IMG/VR virus record: IMGVR_UViG_3300034105_000371 | Coordinates: 1-30,976 of that record | DNA from: a virus | Lineage: Duplodnaviria; Caudoviricetes | Reading direction: 5' to 3' (one strand) | DNA: 30,976 nucleotides | Made by a program: the position numbers and the translations under genes | Part shown: positions 7,184 through 16,951 of the stretch, piece after piece | Position numbering within the stretch: the first letter of the stretch is position 1 | Layout of the letters: each line of letters begins with the position of its first letter | Notes under the pieces: generated by a model | What the model was told of the DNA's origin: nothing | The model's database searches: none | Seen by the model: only the letters and a program-made list of their open reading frames with translations

Positions 7184-8977
7184 TTAATTTGTATATCCCA
7201 TTTTATCCCAATACGCTTGTGTATATCCTTTTGTAGGCATATCACTTGGTTTCATTGAAACCTCTTTGTCATTTCTAATTCTATAACCATATTTTTCTGC
7301 AGTTGCAGCACTAATAGCTTTAGCATTTGGATTTGTAGGGTCTATTTTAACACCATCAAAATTAGCGTAAGTTCTTCTTAACCATTTGTGATTGCATCTT
7401 GCGCCGCCCTTGTATAACCATATAGAATATGAATCAGAACCTTTAGGACCAAATCCTGAATTAACAACTTGCGTTTCCATATTTATAATATCTTCTTTAC
7501 GATATACTTTATCTGAACGTAACATTTTACTACAAAATTCACGTTCACCGATTAAATCACCACTATAAACATATCTTGTAATAAATTGAACTCCATCAAT
7601 TACTTTGTCTTGTTCTGGACTTTTAATATTTGGTCTTGCGGTTCCTGTTGAGGTAATAAATTGCCACATTTTAGATAATGTGCTTTTCTTTTTATTATTT
7701 AAAGTATTTATTTCTAAATCTAATTCATCTTCTGTATCGTAATCTACTTCAGTTTCATCAATTAAAACCCATTCATCACTTAATGTTTCTCCTTTTTCAA
7801 TTAACAAATCTGCAATAGAATCTGTAGCTAAATTATGTGAACACATTTTAACTCCGGTTTCTTCTTCTGTAGTTTCAGCGTTCATTCCTGATATATCTAC
7901 AAATTCTAAAGGTTGAATAGTTTTAAAATATAGTTTTAAAGAAATATCATTAATAGCTAATATCTCATCTAAAGCGTCTATAATTTCAAGTTGGTAAGGT
8001 TTTATTACTATGTTGTCAAATAATAACGTAGCAGTCTTTATTTCGTCTGCATTGTTACCTAATCCACCATCACCTGTTCGTATTCCTAATAACATAGGAG
8101 AAGTAACTCTATGTCCTACAATTAATTTATCAAAACATTCTTTTGATAGATATTCGTAGTGAGCAGGAGCATCATTTAAAGGTAAATCTTCTACAGTAGT
8201 TTTAGATTCTGCATTAGCATTAAAAGCAATAATAACTTTTTCACCTCTTGCACCTGTTAATTTACCAAGTACATCACGCTTCATTTTATCACGCATTTCT
8301 TCAGTAGGAATACCGTTGTTGAAGTTGATTACTTTAGTACCACTAAAACCATTCTGACAATCATTAATTTGATAATCTGCTATGTTTTCCTCAAGCAAAG
8401 CATAAGGTAAAGAACCACTATAATCTATTGGAGAATAATAATCAAACCCACTTACATAAGGATGTAAAATATAAAGTTCAACTTCGTTACCATTTCCAAA
8501 ACCAAAAGCAGGAATCTTTTTTAATTCTTCACTTGGTTTCTTTTTAGTCCAATCAGGATGATAATACCAATTTTCTATTTGTCCTTTATCGTTACATTTT
8601 TCTGCTCTTAATGTATGCATAGGAAAATGAAGTATTTGCTTTACTTGTTTCTTTTCCATTACAACCTGCATTGCAGCCATTCCTAAAAGTTTTCTTTCTA
8701 AAGCTATTTTCTTTAAATCAGAATCTTTTACAATAGATTTCATTTGTGCGTATTCATTTGGCTTTTTATTAGAATCTAAAGCATCTAATCCTTTACCATA
8801 AATCATATTAGCAACTCCTGTTATAATAGCACCATTTGTAGCACTATATAAATATCTATCAATTAAATATTGAAAGTAATTATTATCACTTCCGTATTCA
8901 ATATAATCATTCTTTTTATTTTCTTGTATTACAGGGCTTGTATAAGCACTTAAATTTACAATTGATATATTACTCAT
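7184..8977 (-). CDS. Portal protein with C-terminal MuF/head-morphogenesis-like extension
   Basis: YGSDNNYFQYLIDRY..S.TN.AII, YYSPIDY, LTGARG, GHRVTSPMLLGI, GLGNNADEI portal-like core (~375 aa), then an acidic linker and a REFC...KGGARCNHKW domain. Confidence 0.8.
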   Translation of the reverse strand: MSNISIVNLSAYTSPVIQENKKNDYIEYGSDNNYFQYLIDRYLYSATNGAIITGVANMIYGKGLDALDSNKKPNEYAQMKSIVKDSDLKKIALERKLLGMAAMQVVMEKKQVKQILHFPMHTLRAEKCNDKGQIENWYYHPDWTKKKPSEELKKIPAFGFGNGNEVELYILHPYVSGFDYYSPIDYSGSLPYALLEENIADYQINDCQNGFSGTKVINFNNGIPTEEMRDKMKRDVLGKLTGARGEKVIIAFNANAESKTTVEDLPLNDAPAHYEYLSKECFDKLIVGHRVTSPMLLGIRTGDGGLGNNADEIKTATLLFDNIVIKPYQLEIIDALDEILAINDISLKLYFKTIQPLEFVDISGMNAETTEEETGVKMCSHNLATDSIADLLIEKGETLSDEWVLIDETEVDYDTEDELDLEINTLNNKKKSTLSKMWQFITSTGTARPNIKSPEQDKVIDGVQFITRYVYSGDLIGEREFCSKMLRSDKVYRKEDIINMETQVVNSGFGPKGSDSYSIWLYKGGARCNHKWLRRTYANFDGVKIDPTNPNAKAISAATAEKYGYRIRNDKEVSMKPSDMPTKGYTQAYWDKMGYTN

Positions 8978-9299
8978 ATATTTTAAATTCGTTTGTTGTA
9001 ACGTTTGCTACATATTGATTTTGATTAACTGTATAATCTTTTACTTCTTGATTTGTGCAAAATATTTTATCTTTATAAACTATGTCGTTGTTATTCTTTA
9101 TAGTTAAATTATAAAATGTATTTTCTTTTAAGCTAAAAACAGTTGTAGCAGTTATGTAATAATCTGACAAATAAAAATCTGCAGCTATATTAGTTTCAAC
9201 ATTTGTAGTTTCATTTCTTAAAACAATAGTTGTAGCATTCATTTCACGTGGTATGAAAGTTATGCTTTGTGCTGTATTTTGTTCTTTTAAAATTATCAT
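8970..9299 (-). CDS. Hypothetical virion structural protein
   Basis: 109-aa beta-rich ORF overlapping the portal start. Confidence 0.6.
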   Translation of the reverse strand: MIILKEQNTAQSITFIPREMNATTIVLRNETTNVETNIAADFYLSDYYITATTVFSLKENTFYNLTIKNNNDIVYKDKIFCTNQEVKDYTVNQNQYVANVTTNEFKIYE

Positions 9300-9317
9300 A
9301 AACTATTTTTATATATT

Positions 9318-9339
9318 AATAATTTAAACTTAAAATTGT
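9318..9339 (-). promoter_or_regulatory. Putative late promoter ACAA-N13-TTATT
   Basis: Minus strand ACAA ttttaagtttaaa TTATT, just downstream of a terminator and upstream of the portal operon. Confidence 0.65.
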
Positions 9340-9347
9340 TTTAAAAC

Positions 9348-9379
9348 AAAAAAAAGGATGCTAAATAAATAGCACCCTT
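9348..9379 (-). terminator. Rho-independent terminator after the major tail gene
   Basis: AAGGGTGCTA-TTTATT-TAGCATCCTT plus T run. Confidence 0.85.
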
Positions 9380-9402
9380 CTTAAAAAAAACAAACAATAA
9401 TA

Positions 9403-9945
9403 TTATGCTACAGTACCTTCAACAATAGAAGCTAAAATACCTGTAGTTAATGGTCCTGTTACAAAGTTAGCAGCTACCGGTTCCATTCCTTGAAATTCCA
9501 AAGAATATCCACTTTTGTCAGCCATTGCAGCACCATTTGAAATAGTAGCAGTTACTAAATCCATTCCTTTTGTTAAACCTGCTAAAAAGAAATTACCATT
9601 GTTATCTTCTACAATAACTTGAGGTCTTCCGTAAGAAAGTAACTTCAAACTTTTATGGTCAGCAATAGTTAATTTATTAAAACTTAAACTTAATTTTTGG
9701 TCTACAAATGTAGTTCCGTTTTCTCTTGATGAAGTTAAAGTTTGTTCAAATGTTGAAGTTCCTTTTAATTCATATTTATAACCGATAGGAGTTCCACCTA
9801 AAGCAGTTATTACATCTTCACTTCCTGCAGTTGCAGAATATGTTACAGTTGTAGCATCACCCCAATTAATGAAGTATGCTGCTCTTAATCCGCCGATTGA
9901 ATTTTTACATTGTTCGGCTCTTCCTAAAGAAATATCGCAAGGCAT
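9403..9945 (-). CDS. Putative major tail tube protein
   Basis: 180 aa with CxxSIGGL, YKYELKG, SRENGTTF, GRPQVIVEDNNG motifs. Flanked by terminators, as expected for an abundant structural gene. Confidence 0.6.
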   Translation of the reverse strand: MPCDISLGRAEQCKNSIGGLRAAYFINWGDATTVTYSATAGSEDVITALGGTPIGYKYELKGTSTFEQTLTSSRENGTTFVDQKLSLSFNKLTIADHKSLKLLSYGRPQVIVEDNNGNFFLAGLTKGMDLVTATISNGAAMADKSGYSLEFQGMEPVAANFVTGPLTTGILASIVEGTVA

Positions 9946-9968
9946 AGGTTTATGTTTTTAAAGTTAAT

Positions 9969-9998
9969 AAAAAAGGGTAAGCAATATTACCTACCCTT
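9969..9998 (-). terminator. Rho-independent terminator after the major capsid gene
   Basis: AAGGGTAGGT-AATATT-GCTTACCCTT plus T run. Confidence 0.85.
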
Positions 9999-10020
9999 AT
10001 TTAATTATTGTTTATAATGA

Positions 10021-10965
10021 TTATGCAGCTGGAGTGTAAAGAACAATTTCAGCACCAACACCGTATTGAACAGCAGCAGTAAATCTAGCTACAATTCTTA
10101 CGTTTTCACTTCCATCGATATCAGCCATATCAATTACTTTAACTTCATTTTGGTCAGACAATAAACCTGTTCCGAAGTATAAGTTAGATTTTTGTGCAGC
10201 CATCATATAATCGTTAGTCATTCCGTTGCAAACAAAGATTTTAACACCATCAAAAGATAATGAACCATTGTTAAACCATTGAGTTCCCATTGTGTTAGTA
10301 CCATTAGCACCAAGTCCAGAAGCTCCAAATCCACCTAAAGCACGTACATAATCACGAGCAACAGATTGAGAAATATATAAATATAAATCTTCTTTTCCGT
10401 AAAGTGAAGCAGGAATCAAATCAACAACTTTTCCAAGTTCAGCAATTACATTAGCAGCAGTAACACCACCTGAAGCAGGAGAAGCTACATCAAGAACAGC
10501 AGCATCAGCAGCAGCAAGAGTTAAGAATCCGTCAAACTCACCAGCATTAGCTGTAACACCTTTCCAAATGTTTTGTTCTGTTTTTTCAGCAATTTTAGAA
10601 ACAACGTGTGCTAATAAGAAATCCGCAAATGCAGGAGGTAAATTATCAAATGAAGAATATCCCATTTGAACTGCTTCCCAATCAGATTTGAAATCTTTTT
10701 TGCAAAGTTGTAAATTTACTTGGAATTCTTCAGGAGTAATTACTCTTTCAGTTAATGTTACAGTAGATGTAGCATCAAAATCACAAGTAGCGTTTTTAAC
10801 GATTGCATCTGTAGCAATTCTTTTAATAACCTCTTTGTATTTTACATTAGGTTTAACTTCGATTCCACCATTTGCAATAGTTGAACCTGATAATAATGCA
10901 GCAGAGATGTACTTTCCAGCAAATTCTCCAGCATAGGTAGTTGTAATACTTGTAGTAGTAGCCAT
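10021..10965 (-). CDS. Major capsid protein (HK97 fold inferred)
   Basis: 314 aa after the protease and scaffold genes, with TTYAGEFAGKYISAALL, EQNIWKG..GEFDGF and NLYFGTGL. Followed by a strong terminator. Confidence 0.8.
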   Translation of the reverse strand: MATTTSITTTYAGEFAGKYISAALLSGSTIANGGIEVKPNVKYKEVIKRIATDAIVKNATCDFDATSTVTLTERVITPEEFQVNLQLCKKDFKSDWEAVQMGYSSFDNLPPAFADFLLAHVVSKIAEKTEQNIWKGVTANAGEFDGFLTLAAADAAVLDVASPASGGVTAANVIAELGKVVDLIPASLYGKEDLYLYISQSVARDYVRALGGFGASGLGANGTNTMGTQWFNNGSLSFDGVKIFVCNGMTNDYMMAAQKSNLYFGTGLLSDQNEVKVIDMADIDGSENVRIVARFTAAVQYGVGAEIVLYTPAA

Positions 10966-10971
10966 AATTTA

Positions 10972-11505
10972 TTAATTAAAAAGTTTTGCCATAACTATGT
11001 CTTGTGTAGTCATTTGGCGATTAGTTGATATTTTATTTAGTTTAACTTCGTTTTTAACTTCAGGAGAGTGTGTTAATGGTTCAACAACAACTTCTGAACT
11101 TAATTCTTGTTTTACTGATTTTAATTCAGCAATTTGTGCTTGTAGTTTTTCAATTTCAGCAAAGAACATTTCTTTAGAAACTGATTCTACAATTCTTTTA
11201 GGAGTAGCAACTTCAGCTTGTGCTTCAACTTCTACTTCAATTTCAGCTTCAGGAGCTTCTTCTTCAGCAACAGGTTCTTTAATTTCAGCAATAACACCTT
11301 CAACGGTTACAACTAAAATCATACCATCTTCTAATTCGTATTCTCCAACTGGTACAGGAATTTTCTCCTCGCCATTAACAATAAAAACAGCGTTATCTGT
11401 TTCAAAAGCATCAGCTTCTATAACAGTAACTCCATCTTTAAGTTTCATTTGAGCAAGTTTAACTTCCATACCCAAAAGAGTTTTGATTTCATTAATTACA
11501 TTCAT
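10972..11505 (-). CDS. Capsid scaffolding protein
   Basis: Acidic, PVPVGEYELEDG motif and coiled coil. Immediately upstream of the capsid gene. Confidence 0.65.
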   Translation of the reverse strand: MNVINEIKTLLGMEVKLAQMKLKDGVTVIEADAFETDNAVFIVNGEEKIPVPVGEYELEDGMILVVTVEGVIAEIKEPVAEEEAPEAEIEVEVEAQAEVATPKRIVESVSKEMFFAEIEKLQAQIAELKSVKQELSSEVVVEPLTHSPEVKNEVKLNKISTNRQMTTQDIVMAKLFN

Positions 11506-11515
11506 ATTTACTTAT

Positions 11516-11881
11516 TTAAAGTTTAGCTGATTCAAGACCTTTAATATAAGATGCAAAAGAGCCTTTTAAACCATCTTGTATATTTTGTTTTTGGTCGGTA
11601 ATTTCTTTTGGCATTGGAATACCTAATTCTTTAATCATCGCTTCGAATTTTGCGAAAATTGGTAATGAACTTTCATTGATTGCTTTTAAATTTTTCAATT
11701 CTGATAAAGCACTTGCAACTGCTGATTTAGCATTATTGTAAACATCTAAGCTTTTTTTTCTTGCTGCAATAGCATCATTATAATATTTTTTAACATCATC
11801 ATTAATAGCTAATTCTATTTTTTGACTTGTTAATTCTGTTTTCCCAAACAAAGCATTCATTACAATTTTTTCAGTTGTCAT
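11516..11881 (-). CDS. Helical protein, possible internal head protein
   Basis: 121-aa coiled-coil-like ORF in the head module with N-terminal KTELTSQKIELA. Confidence 0.6.
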   Translation of the reverse strand: MTTEKIVMNALFGKTELTSQKIELAINDDVKKYYNDAIAARKKSLDVYNNAKSAVASALSELKNLKAINESSLPIFAKFEAMIKELGIPMPKEITDQKQNIQDGLKGSFASYIKGLESAKL

Positions 11882-11899
11882 AATTTTATTTTTTATATT

Positions 11900-11921
11900 A
11901 ATTATTATTATTTAATTTTGT
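11900..11921 (-). promoter_or_regulatory. Putative late promoter (variant ACAA-N13-TAATT)
   Basis: Same spacing as the four exact copies, one mismatch. Upstream of the scaffold/capsid operon. Confidence 0.55.
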
Positions 11922-11927
11922 TATAAA

Positions 11928-12113
11928 TTACCCGTTAGAACGCACTAAAACTCTTGGCTCATTTGTGTTTGCAACCGTACTTGTTTGTTGTCCTACTGTA
12001 GCACCGATTCCTTGTTCTGATAATTCTCCTTCGCAACATTTAGAATCATAAGTACCATCTTTACATAAACATCCTCTTTTACCACCTTTTGGTGAACTTG
12101 TTTTATTTCCCAT
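11928..12113 (-). CDS. Small Cys-rich protein
   Basis: SPKGGKRGCLCKDGTYDSKCC. ATG at 12113 is preferred because it avoids overlap with the protease gene. Confidence 0.6.
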   Translation of the reverse strand: MGNKTSSPKGGKRGCLCKDGTYDSKCCEGELSEQGIGATVGQQTSTVANTNEPRVLVRSNG

Positions 12114-12117
12114 AATT

Positions 12118-12714
12118 TTATTTATTAATTTCAGCATTAGTTATTATTGATTTTATTTTTTCTATTAATTCTAATTCTTTATTTTGATTCGATAACTTTT
12201 GTTCATCACTAAAATATCCTTCAACACTTATTCCTAAATAAGTACCATCTTTAATTTCTTGCCAAACTTTATCATTTTCAATACTCATAATAACAGCCCA
12301 AGAACCTTCTGCAGCGTTTAAATTATAAATAGCAGATTTATCCATTTTAGGATTTTCTACTATCCAAGATTCAACAACTGAAACACCATCTACTTCTGTT
12401 TTATGTTCTAATGTAGCGTTATTGTTATTTAGTTTTTTTAAATATAATTGACCTGCTTTTTTTACAGTTTCTTTTGAGAATTTAATGTTGTATTCATAAT
12501 CTCCATTTCTTCTGTAAATCAATTTATCAGGTACTAAAGCTAAACCTATAATGATTCTTTTTTCATCATCAATAGATTTAAATTCTATTCTATGATTATT
12601 TAAAGCAACCCAATTTTCTTCTGTAGCAGGAAACTTTACTAAACTTAATGCTTCTATTCCATCGTTGTCAGCAGTTTCATCAATAAATAATTCTATCGTT
12701 TCTAAATTTTTCAT
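12118..12714 (-). CDS. XkdF-like prohead serine protease
   Basis: IIIGLALVPDK.IYR, TLEH, VVESWIV, GSW, IKDG.Y.GISVEG match the PBSX XkdF-type pattern. Confidence 0.8.
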   Translation of the reverse strand: MKNLETIELFIDETADNDGIEALSLVKFPATEENWVALNNHRIEFKSIDDEKRIIIGLALVPDKLIYRRNGDYEYNIKFSKETVKKAGQLYLKKLNNNNATLEHKTEVDGVSVVESWIVENPKMDKSAIYNLNAAEGSWAVIMSIENDKVWQEIKDGTYLGISVEGYFSDEQKLSNQNKELELIEKIKSIITNAEINK

Positions 12715-12735
12715 ATTTTTTATTTATATTTTTAT

Positions 12736-12757
12736 AATAAATTATTTAATAATTTGT
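12736..12757 (-). promoter_or_regulatory. Putative late promoter ACAA-N13-TTATT
   Basis: ACAA attattaaataat TTATT in the 43-nt gap before the protease gene. Confidence 0.65.
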
Positions 12758-14509
12758 TTATCCCAAACTTGCGTTTGTAACAATATTTCTATTTAAAGAT
12801 TGCCCTGTAGAAACATCGGAAGCAGTAACATAGGCTTTAATAGGAGGTTGTTCTCTGCCTAACGTTTGTGCTAATTGATTTGCTCCTGAATTACCTACTA
12901 CGTTAAATTGTGGTGCTGCACTTCCACCACCATTTGGAGCATTTCCTATTGAACCACCTGAAGGAGTACCGCCACCACCTAAAGCAGATAAAGCTTTTGA
13001 AGTTGCTGCTATATTAGAAGCAATTCCAATTCCTGCCATAATATTATTTGTAGTAACAAGTGCGGCGGCTGCAGCTACAGAAGCACCAGCAGTTGGTATA
13101 GCTAAAGCAGCACCTTCAGCAGTTGTAGTTACATTTGATGCATTAGTAGCAATTATTGAACGAGCAATGCCCATAGCAGATTCAGCTATAATGGCAGCTT
13201 TTTGTAATGTTTTATTTTTACCTGCTAAACTTGCTAATAATCCAATACCTGCCGAAATAGTATCTAATTGTTGATTTTGTAATAATTTTTTTTGGTCTGC
13301 TATTCTTTGTTCTATTAAAATTTTATCTTCTGCTGCTTTGTCTTCTATTTGAGTAGTTTTATTAGTGTATTCATTTAATGCTTCTAATTGTCCTTCTCTT
13401 TGTAATTTTAATTCAGCTTCTGCTTTATCAGATTTTTCTTTTGCATTTGCAAAGAAATCTTCTGCTTCTTTTGTAGAAGTTTCTTTTTGTTTTGCTAATT
13501 TATCAAGACGTTCTTTTTCTATTTTATCAGAATCAACTTTTTCTTTGTCTTTTATTTCTTTTGCTTTCTTATCTTTTTCTGCTTGTCTATCTGCATCTGC
13601 TTTAGCTAATTCTCTATTTAATCTTTTAGCTAATTCTATTTGATTTGCACCATCTTCTTTTAATGCTTCTGCATAGGCATTTTTTGCTTCTATTTTTCTT
13701 TTAGTATATTCGTCTAATTGGTCACCGTGTTCAGTCATAAATTTCTTATTGACTTTTAACGTGTTATCAGCATCTTCTTTTAATTTGTCTAATGCTCTTG
13801 TAGCATCTGAAGTAGCACCTACAAAATCAGTAACTGCATTTACTATTGAGCCAAAGAAATCACCAACAGATTTAAGTCCAGGAATAACATTCATTACTGC
13901 ATTTTTAACCTTGTCAAAGTTTGAAATTAGCAAACCTAATCCAACTATAATAGCACCTATTCCAGTACCTAATAAAGCAGCTCTAAAAATCTTCATTCCT
14001 ATACTTGCAGCTTCTGTAACATATACATATGCTGAAGTTGCCACAGTTAAAACACGTTGCAAAACAGTAGTATTTTTTAATACTGCTCCTAATTGCTTAA
14101 ATGAATCTATACTTTCCCCAACAGATTGTAACCCTTGTGAAATAGCCATTGCAGACTGAACTTTTAGAAGTTGCTTTTCTAATTCCTCACTTTCTATTCC
14201 AGCTAATCCTAACGCACCTTGATAGGCAGCGAAACCACCTGCAACTCCACTTAATGAAGCAGTTAATGCTTTGAATTTAGCATCAGGATTAAATGCATCT
14301 GTTAATGCTTTTGCATCTCCTATTCTATCTTTTAACTCTCCTGCTTTTTTGGCTGCATTTACAGCTTCTCTGGAAGTTGCTCCAAACTTTTCGGATAAAA
14401 CATTTACTTCATTTTGTGCTTGTCTTAATTGGCTTTTTAAACTGCCTACACTTTTTTCAGTAGCATCTAAATTACTTTGTACTTCTAAATTAACTACTTT
14501 ATTTTCCAT
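12758..14509 (-). CDS. Tape-measure-like protein
   Basis: 583 aa, Ala-rich helical, with hydrophobic GTGIGAIIVGLG segment, K/E coiled coil and C-terminal P.FNVVG...PIKAYV. Confidence 0.75.
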   Translation of the reverse strand: MENKVVNLEVQSNLDATEKSVGSLKSQLRQAQNEVNVLSEKFGATSREAVNAAKKAGELKDRIGDAKALTDAFNPDAKFKALTASLSGVAGGFAAYQGALGLAGIESEELEKQLLKVQSAMAISQGLQSVGESIDSFKQLGAVLKNTTVLQRVLTVATSAYVYVTEAASIGMKIFRAALLGTGIGAIIVGLGLLISNFDKVKNAVMNVIPGLKSVGDFFGSIVNAVTDFVGATSDATRALDKLKEDADNTLKVNKKFMTEHGDQLDEYTKRKIEAKNAYAEALKEDGANQIELAKRLNRELAKADADRQAEKDKKAKEIKDKEKVDSDKIEKERLDKLAKQKETSTKEAEDFFANAKEKSDKAEAELKLQREGQLEALNEYTNKTTQIEDKAAEDKILIEQRIADQKKLLQNQQLDTISAGIGLLASLAGKNKTLQKAAIIAESAMGIARSIIATNASNVTTTAEGAALAIPTAGASVAAAAALVTTNNIMAGIGIASNIAATSKALSALGGGGTPSGGSIGNAPNGGGSAAPQFNVVGNSGANQLAQTLGREQPPIKAYVTASDVSTGQSLNRNIVTNASLG

Positions 14510-14640
14510 TCTCTTTTTATTTTTTTAAATCCTTGCTTCCAAGTAGTTACTAATTGATATTTTCCCTTTGCGATTTCTATTGTTTCGCTTTGATTATAAT
14601 GAGCGTCTAAAGCTAACATATCTAAAATGTGTTTAAGCAT
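14494..14640 (-). CDS. Small hypothetical protein (48 aa, not in ORF track)
   Basis: MLKHILDMLALDAHYNQSETIEIAKGKYQLVTTWKQGFKKIKREWKIK bridges and overlaps both neighbours. Confidence 0.65.
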   Translation of the reverse strand: MLKHILDMLALDAHYNQSETIEIAKGKYQLVTTWKQGFKKIKREWKIK

Positions 14641-16951
14641 ATTGTAGTACGTTTAAATAAGTTGTTAATACTGATACTCCGTTTTTAAAATATTCTATTC
14701 CTATCGTTTCATTTCTATCTAATCCTGTAGCGTTTGCATCAACTGTAACTAATAGATTTGTGTCTGCTATATTATCTGTAGAATCTGACCATCTTACAAA
14801 TACGTTTCCTGTATCAGGTAAAATATCAAAGCTATCGTACTCGTTTAAATAGATAACATAGTCTACACTTTTTGCGGTATTATCTACCATAATAGCATCG
14901 GATGAACTGAATTTATAACCAACAGTTGAAGCTGCATCTGCACCTCTATAATCATTTATTAATTCGAAGTCTGTTTCTCCTGTAGTTAAATCAGATGTGA
15001 ATTGATTTATAATATATCTTTTATCTCTTATTATAAGTCTATCGTTTAATTTCAAAGTAGATAAAACCATATCAGGAATAACTGCTTTAACTTTTACTAT
15101 TCTCGTTTTAGGATTGTATAGATTTGCTATATAGTTTTTATAGTGTCTGTAATATAAACCTCTACTTGCATTTACGTTATACCAAGGTGATTGATATTCT
15201 CCAAAGTTAGAACTGATTAAATAATTAAAATCAGTAGGAACTGAATTATATTCGTTTGAGAATCTATTATAGTTACTCATTGTAGCTGGAGTAGTTTCTG
15301 TAGTTAAATAAATTGGATAACTTGAAACTGATTGTAATCCATTTTCATAAATAAAAACAGGTTTTGGCGTATATGGTTTCAAATCTTTATCTATAAAAGT
15401 TGCCGTTTCAAAATTATATAGTTTTGTTTTTTCAAATAATACGTTTTCAAAAGGAAGTTTAATTTCATAACTTTGATTCTCATTTGTATTATCATTATTT
15501 AAAACTAAATCACCATACTCTAAATTGTTAATAGTATAAAAAGCATTGTTTAAAATATTACTAGATTTTTCGTATTGAAAATTAATTGACTTAAATAGTT
15601 TAGGTCTTTCTATATCTGCTTCTTCTGAACGAATATATTTTGTCACATCGTTTACGTTTCCAGCTTGATAATATAATTCTAATGGTATTAATTCAAATGA
15701 AGTTTTTGATGTTGGTACAATCATTAAATTAAACATCTTAATTAACCCAGTAATAAAATCAGAAACAGTAATATCAGGAACAAAATCTTTTATTGGAATA
15801 TTTGAAACAGTTGTCTGTGATGTGCTTTGATACATTGTTTTATGATTATAGAAGTTTCCCGTTCTATAATCTCTATCTACATAACTTGTAAAAGTCATAG
15901 CTGATTCACTTGAAATATAAAAATCAAATTGATGTACTTGATGGTCATCAGCATAAATTCCTTCATAAAAATAAATAGTTTGAGTACCTATTAAATCTGA
16001 ATAAGTATTATAAAGTTTTTTAACTCCATTTATAGTATCATAAACAAATAATTTATATTTAACTGTAGAAACTGTAGGAGTAATTCTAATAGGTAACTTT
16101 ATACTTGTAGCATTTGTTAAATAAGCTGGATAAGTATTCCATTTTGTTTTTATCCAATCATCAGTTAAACTAACCTCACCATTACTTATTAAATCAGCAT
16201 CTGCTGTATTAAAATTTATTTTTAATGGAGCAGTATATACTTCTAATTTTTCTGCATTTTTACAATATAATCTTAATTTTGTCCATTGCAATAAATCTAA
16301 AAAGCTACCTGTAAAAGTTATTCCGTATTTATTCTGTATAAATGTAATTATATCTGTTAATTTTATAGCAGGAAATAATTCATTCCATTTGACTGCTCCA
16401 GTAGTTAATGTAATATCTTCTAAAGTATTACCTGTTTTGTATTCAAATTTTTTAGCGCTTCCTAACAATGGATACATTACAGGCAAACTTGTTGAAGATA
16501 TAATTCTATTTCTAACTTGTGTTGAATTGTAAGTATGGTTTAAACTACTATAATCTAAAGTGTTTAATTTGTCATCTTTGAATAGGTCTTTTAATTGTGT
16601 TAAATTTCCGTAAAAAGTAATAGTATAACTTTCAATCATTCCGTTCTTGCGATTGGCTTTTTCTAATTGAAAATTTCCTTTCTTAAATGTAACTGTATTT
16701 ATTTCAATATAACCATCGTATCTTTTTCCGTGTTCAAATGAATTATCTACTTCACTTTCATACCAATGTTTGAAAATTTTATTGTTATTTTTAGAAGCTG
16801 GAATAGTAAACGATTGAGAATAATCCGTAAATACTTTCCCTATATCATTTGCGTTTTGAATAGAAGAAGTTACCGATATTTTTTCATCATTAAATAATTC
16901 AATCCTTTTAGAAACTGAATCGTCAATTATATATAATGCAACTACATTCAT
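14633..16951 (-). CDS. Putative tail tip / baseplate hub protein
   Basis: 772 aa with FTDYSQSFTIPASKNN and DFITGLIKMFNL, in tail module context. Confidence 0.6.
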   Translation of the reverse strand: MNVVALYIIDDSVSKRIELFNDEKISVTSSIQNANDIGKVFTDYSQSFTIPASKNNNKIFKHWYESEVDNSFEHGKRYDGYIEINTVTFKKGNFQLEKANRKNGMIESYTITFYGNLTQLKDLFKDDKLNTLDYSSLNHTYNSTQVRNRIISSTSLPVMYPLLGSAKKFEYKTGNTLEDITLTTGAVKWNELFPAIKLTDIITFIQNKYGITFTGSFLDLLQWTKLRLYCKNAEKLEVYTAPLKINFNTADADLISNGEVSLTDDWIKTKWNTYPAYLTNATSIKLPIRITPTVSTVKYKLFVYDTINGVKKLYNTYSDLIGTQTIYFYEGIYADDHQVHQFDFYISSESAMTFTSYVDRDYRTGNFYNHKTMYQSTSQTTVSNIPIKDFVPDITVSDFITGLIKMFNLMIVPTSKTSFELIPLELYYQAGNVNDVTKYIRSEEADIERPKLFKSINFQYEKSSNILNNAFYTINNLEYGDLVLNNDNTNENQSYEIKLPFENVLFEKTKLYNFETATFIDKDLKPYTPKPVFIYENGLQSVSSYPIYLTTETTPATMSNYNRFSNEYNSVPTDFNYLISSNFGEYQSPWYNVNASRGLYYRHYKNYIANLYNPKTRIVKVKAVIPDMVLSTLKLNDRLIIRDKRYIINQFTSDLTTGETDFELINDYRGADAASTVGYKFSSSDAIMVDNTAKSVDYVIYLNEYDSFDILPDTGNVFVRWSDSTDNIADTNLLVTVDANATGLDRNETIGIEYFKNGVSVLTTYLNVLQYA

